Shown piece after piece: positions 63,396 to 64,000 of a stretch of 64,000 bases of DNA. The notes under the pieces are model-generated. The model saw only the letters and a program-made list of their open reading frames with translations. It was not told where the DNA came from and ran no database searches. A program made the translations under genes and the position numbers. Within the stretch, counting starts at the first letter, position 1. Each line of letters opens with the position of its first letter. This DNA is from Schmidtea polychroa (Eukaryota), in the NCBI GenBank assembly GCA_044892525.1, contig CM097887.1, positions 18,786,001-18,850,000 on the forward strand. Direction: 5' to 3'.

Positions 63396-63559
63396 AATCG
63401 ATCAATTCCCGGAGATGATCAATTATGGACAGGATATGCCAGTCAAACAAATTCTTGAGTTAATTTTATATGGTTAAGTATGATATTTGATAATATTACT
63501 CTACATGATCTTGATCAAAGAAATGACTCAACACAAGTAACTTTTATTGATATTACACC
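63396..63559 (+). repeat. Dispersed direct repeat, copy 2
   Basis: See 60471-60634. Confidence 0.9.
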
Positions 63560-64000
63560 AATGAATTTCTGAAATTTCTTCAATACAGTTTCAATAAATT
63601 TATTTGACAACACTATGTCAAACCGCCAAAGTTAGTTTACTAAATGAATCGGATATTACTCCATGAAAACTTCTTTTCGGTTTTGTTTTTAATTTCTTCA
63701 CTTCTCTTACTTTATTTTTGTCTTTGACCAGAATGGCAATTTGCTTGTGGCGAGAGCTCCTTTTATAGAAAACTCTAGTCTGATCAATTTCCCCAATAAA
63801 TTATCTACTTACAAGCAATCAGAACCAATATTTGTTTATAATTTATTTGGCTTTATGGTTGACATCGTGTTAAGCTTAGGGTTTTCAATTAAATTTATAT
63901 TTTTACACTTAATTAATTAATTAGTTTGTATACCTTTAAATCACTTTGTCTAAGAACTCTTAATTAATTTTAAATTTCTAAAAAATTAGTAATAAAAACA

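Overview
Very AT-rich eukaryotic (invertebrate animal-like) genomic DNA dominated by nested, mostly decayed transposons: several hAT families, piggyBac, Tc1/mariner, Ty3/gypsy LTR elements and solo LTRs, and Maverick/Polinton-like relics. It contains three assembly gaps. The only clearly intact host gene is a two-exon cytosolic H-type ferritin (23287-23849, minus strand). A decayed strawberry-notch helicase copy lies at about 42.3-42.7 kb. The most notable structure is a 3'-truncated giant gypsy-like LTR retroelement (12641 to about 22300). It has a 1.5-kb LTR with an intact 249-aa ORF in U3, a tRNA-Pro primer-binding site, an intact upstream IAP-type RING-finger ORF and a 74-bp dimeric tandem array. 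These are followed by a polyprotein of about 1700 codons: Gag with three zinc knuckles, three ubiquitin-like domains, a Bcl-2-like domain and the start of an env-like glycoprotein. All domain calls were made by eye from motifs and need HMM or structure-prediction confirmation.
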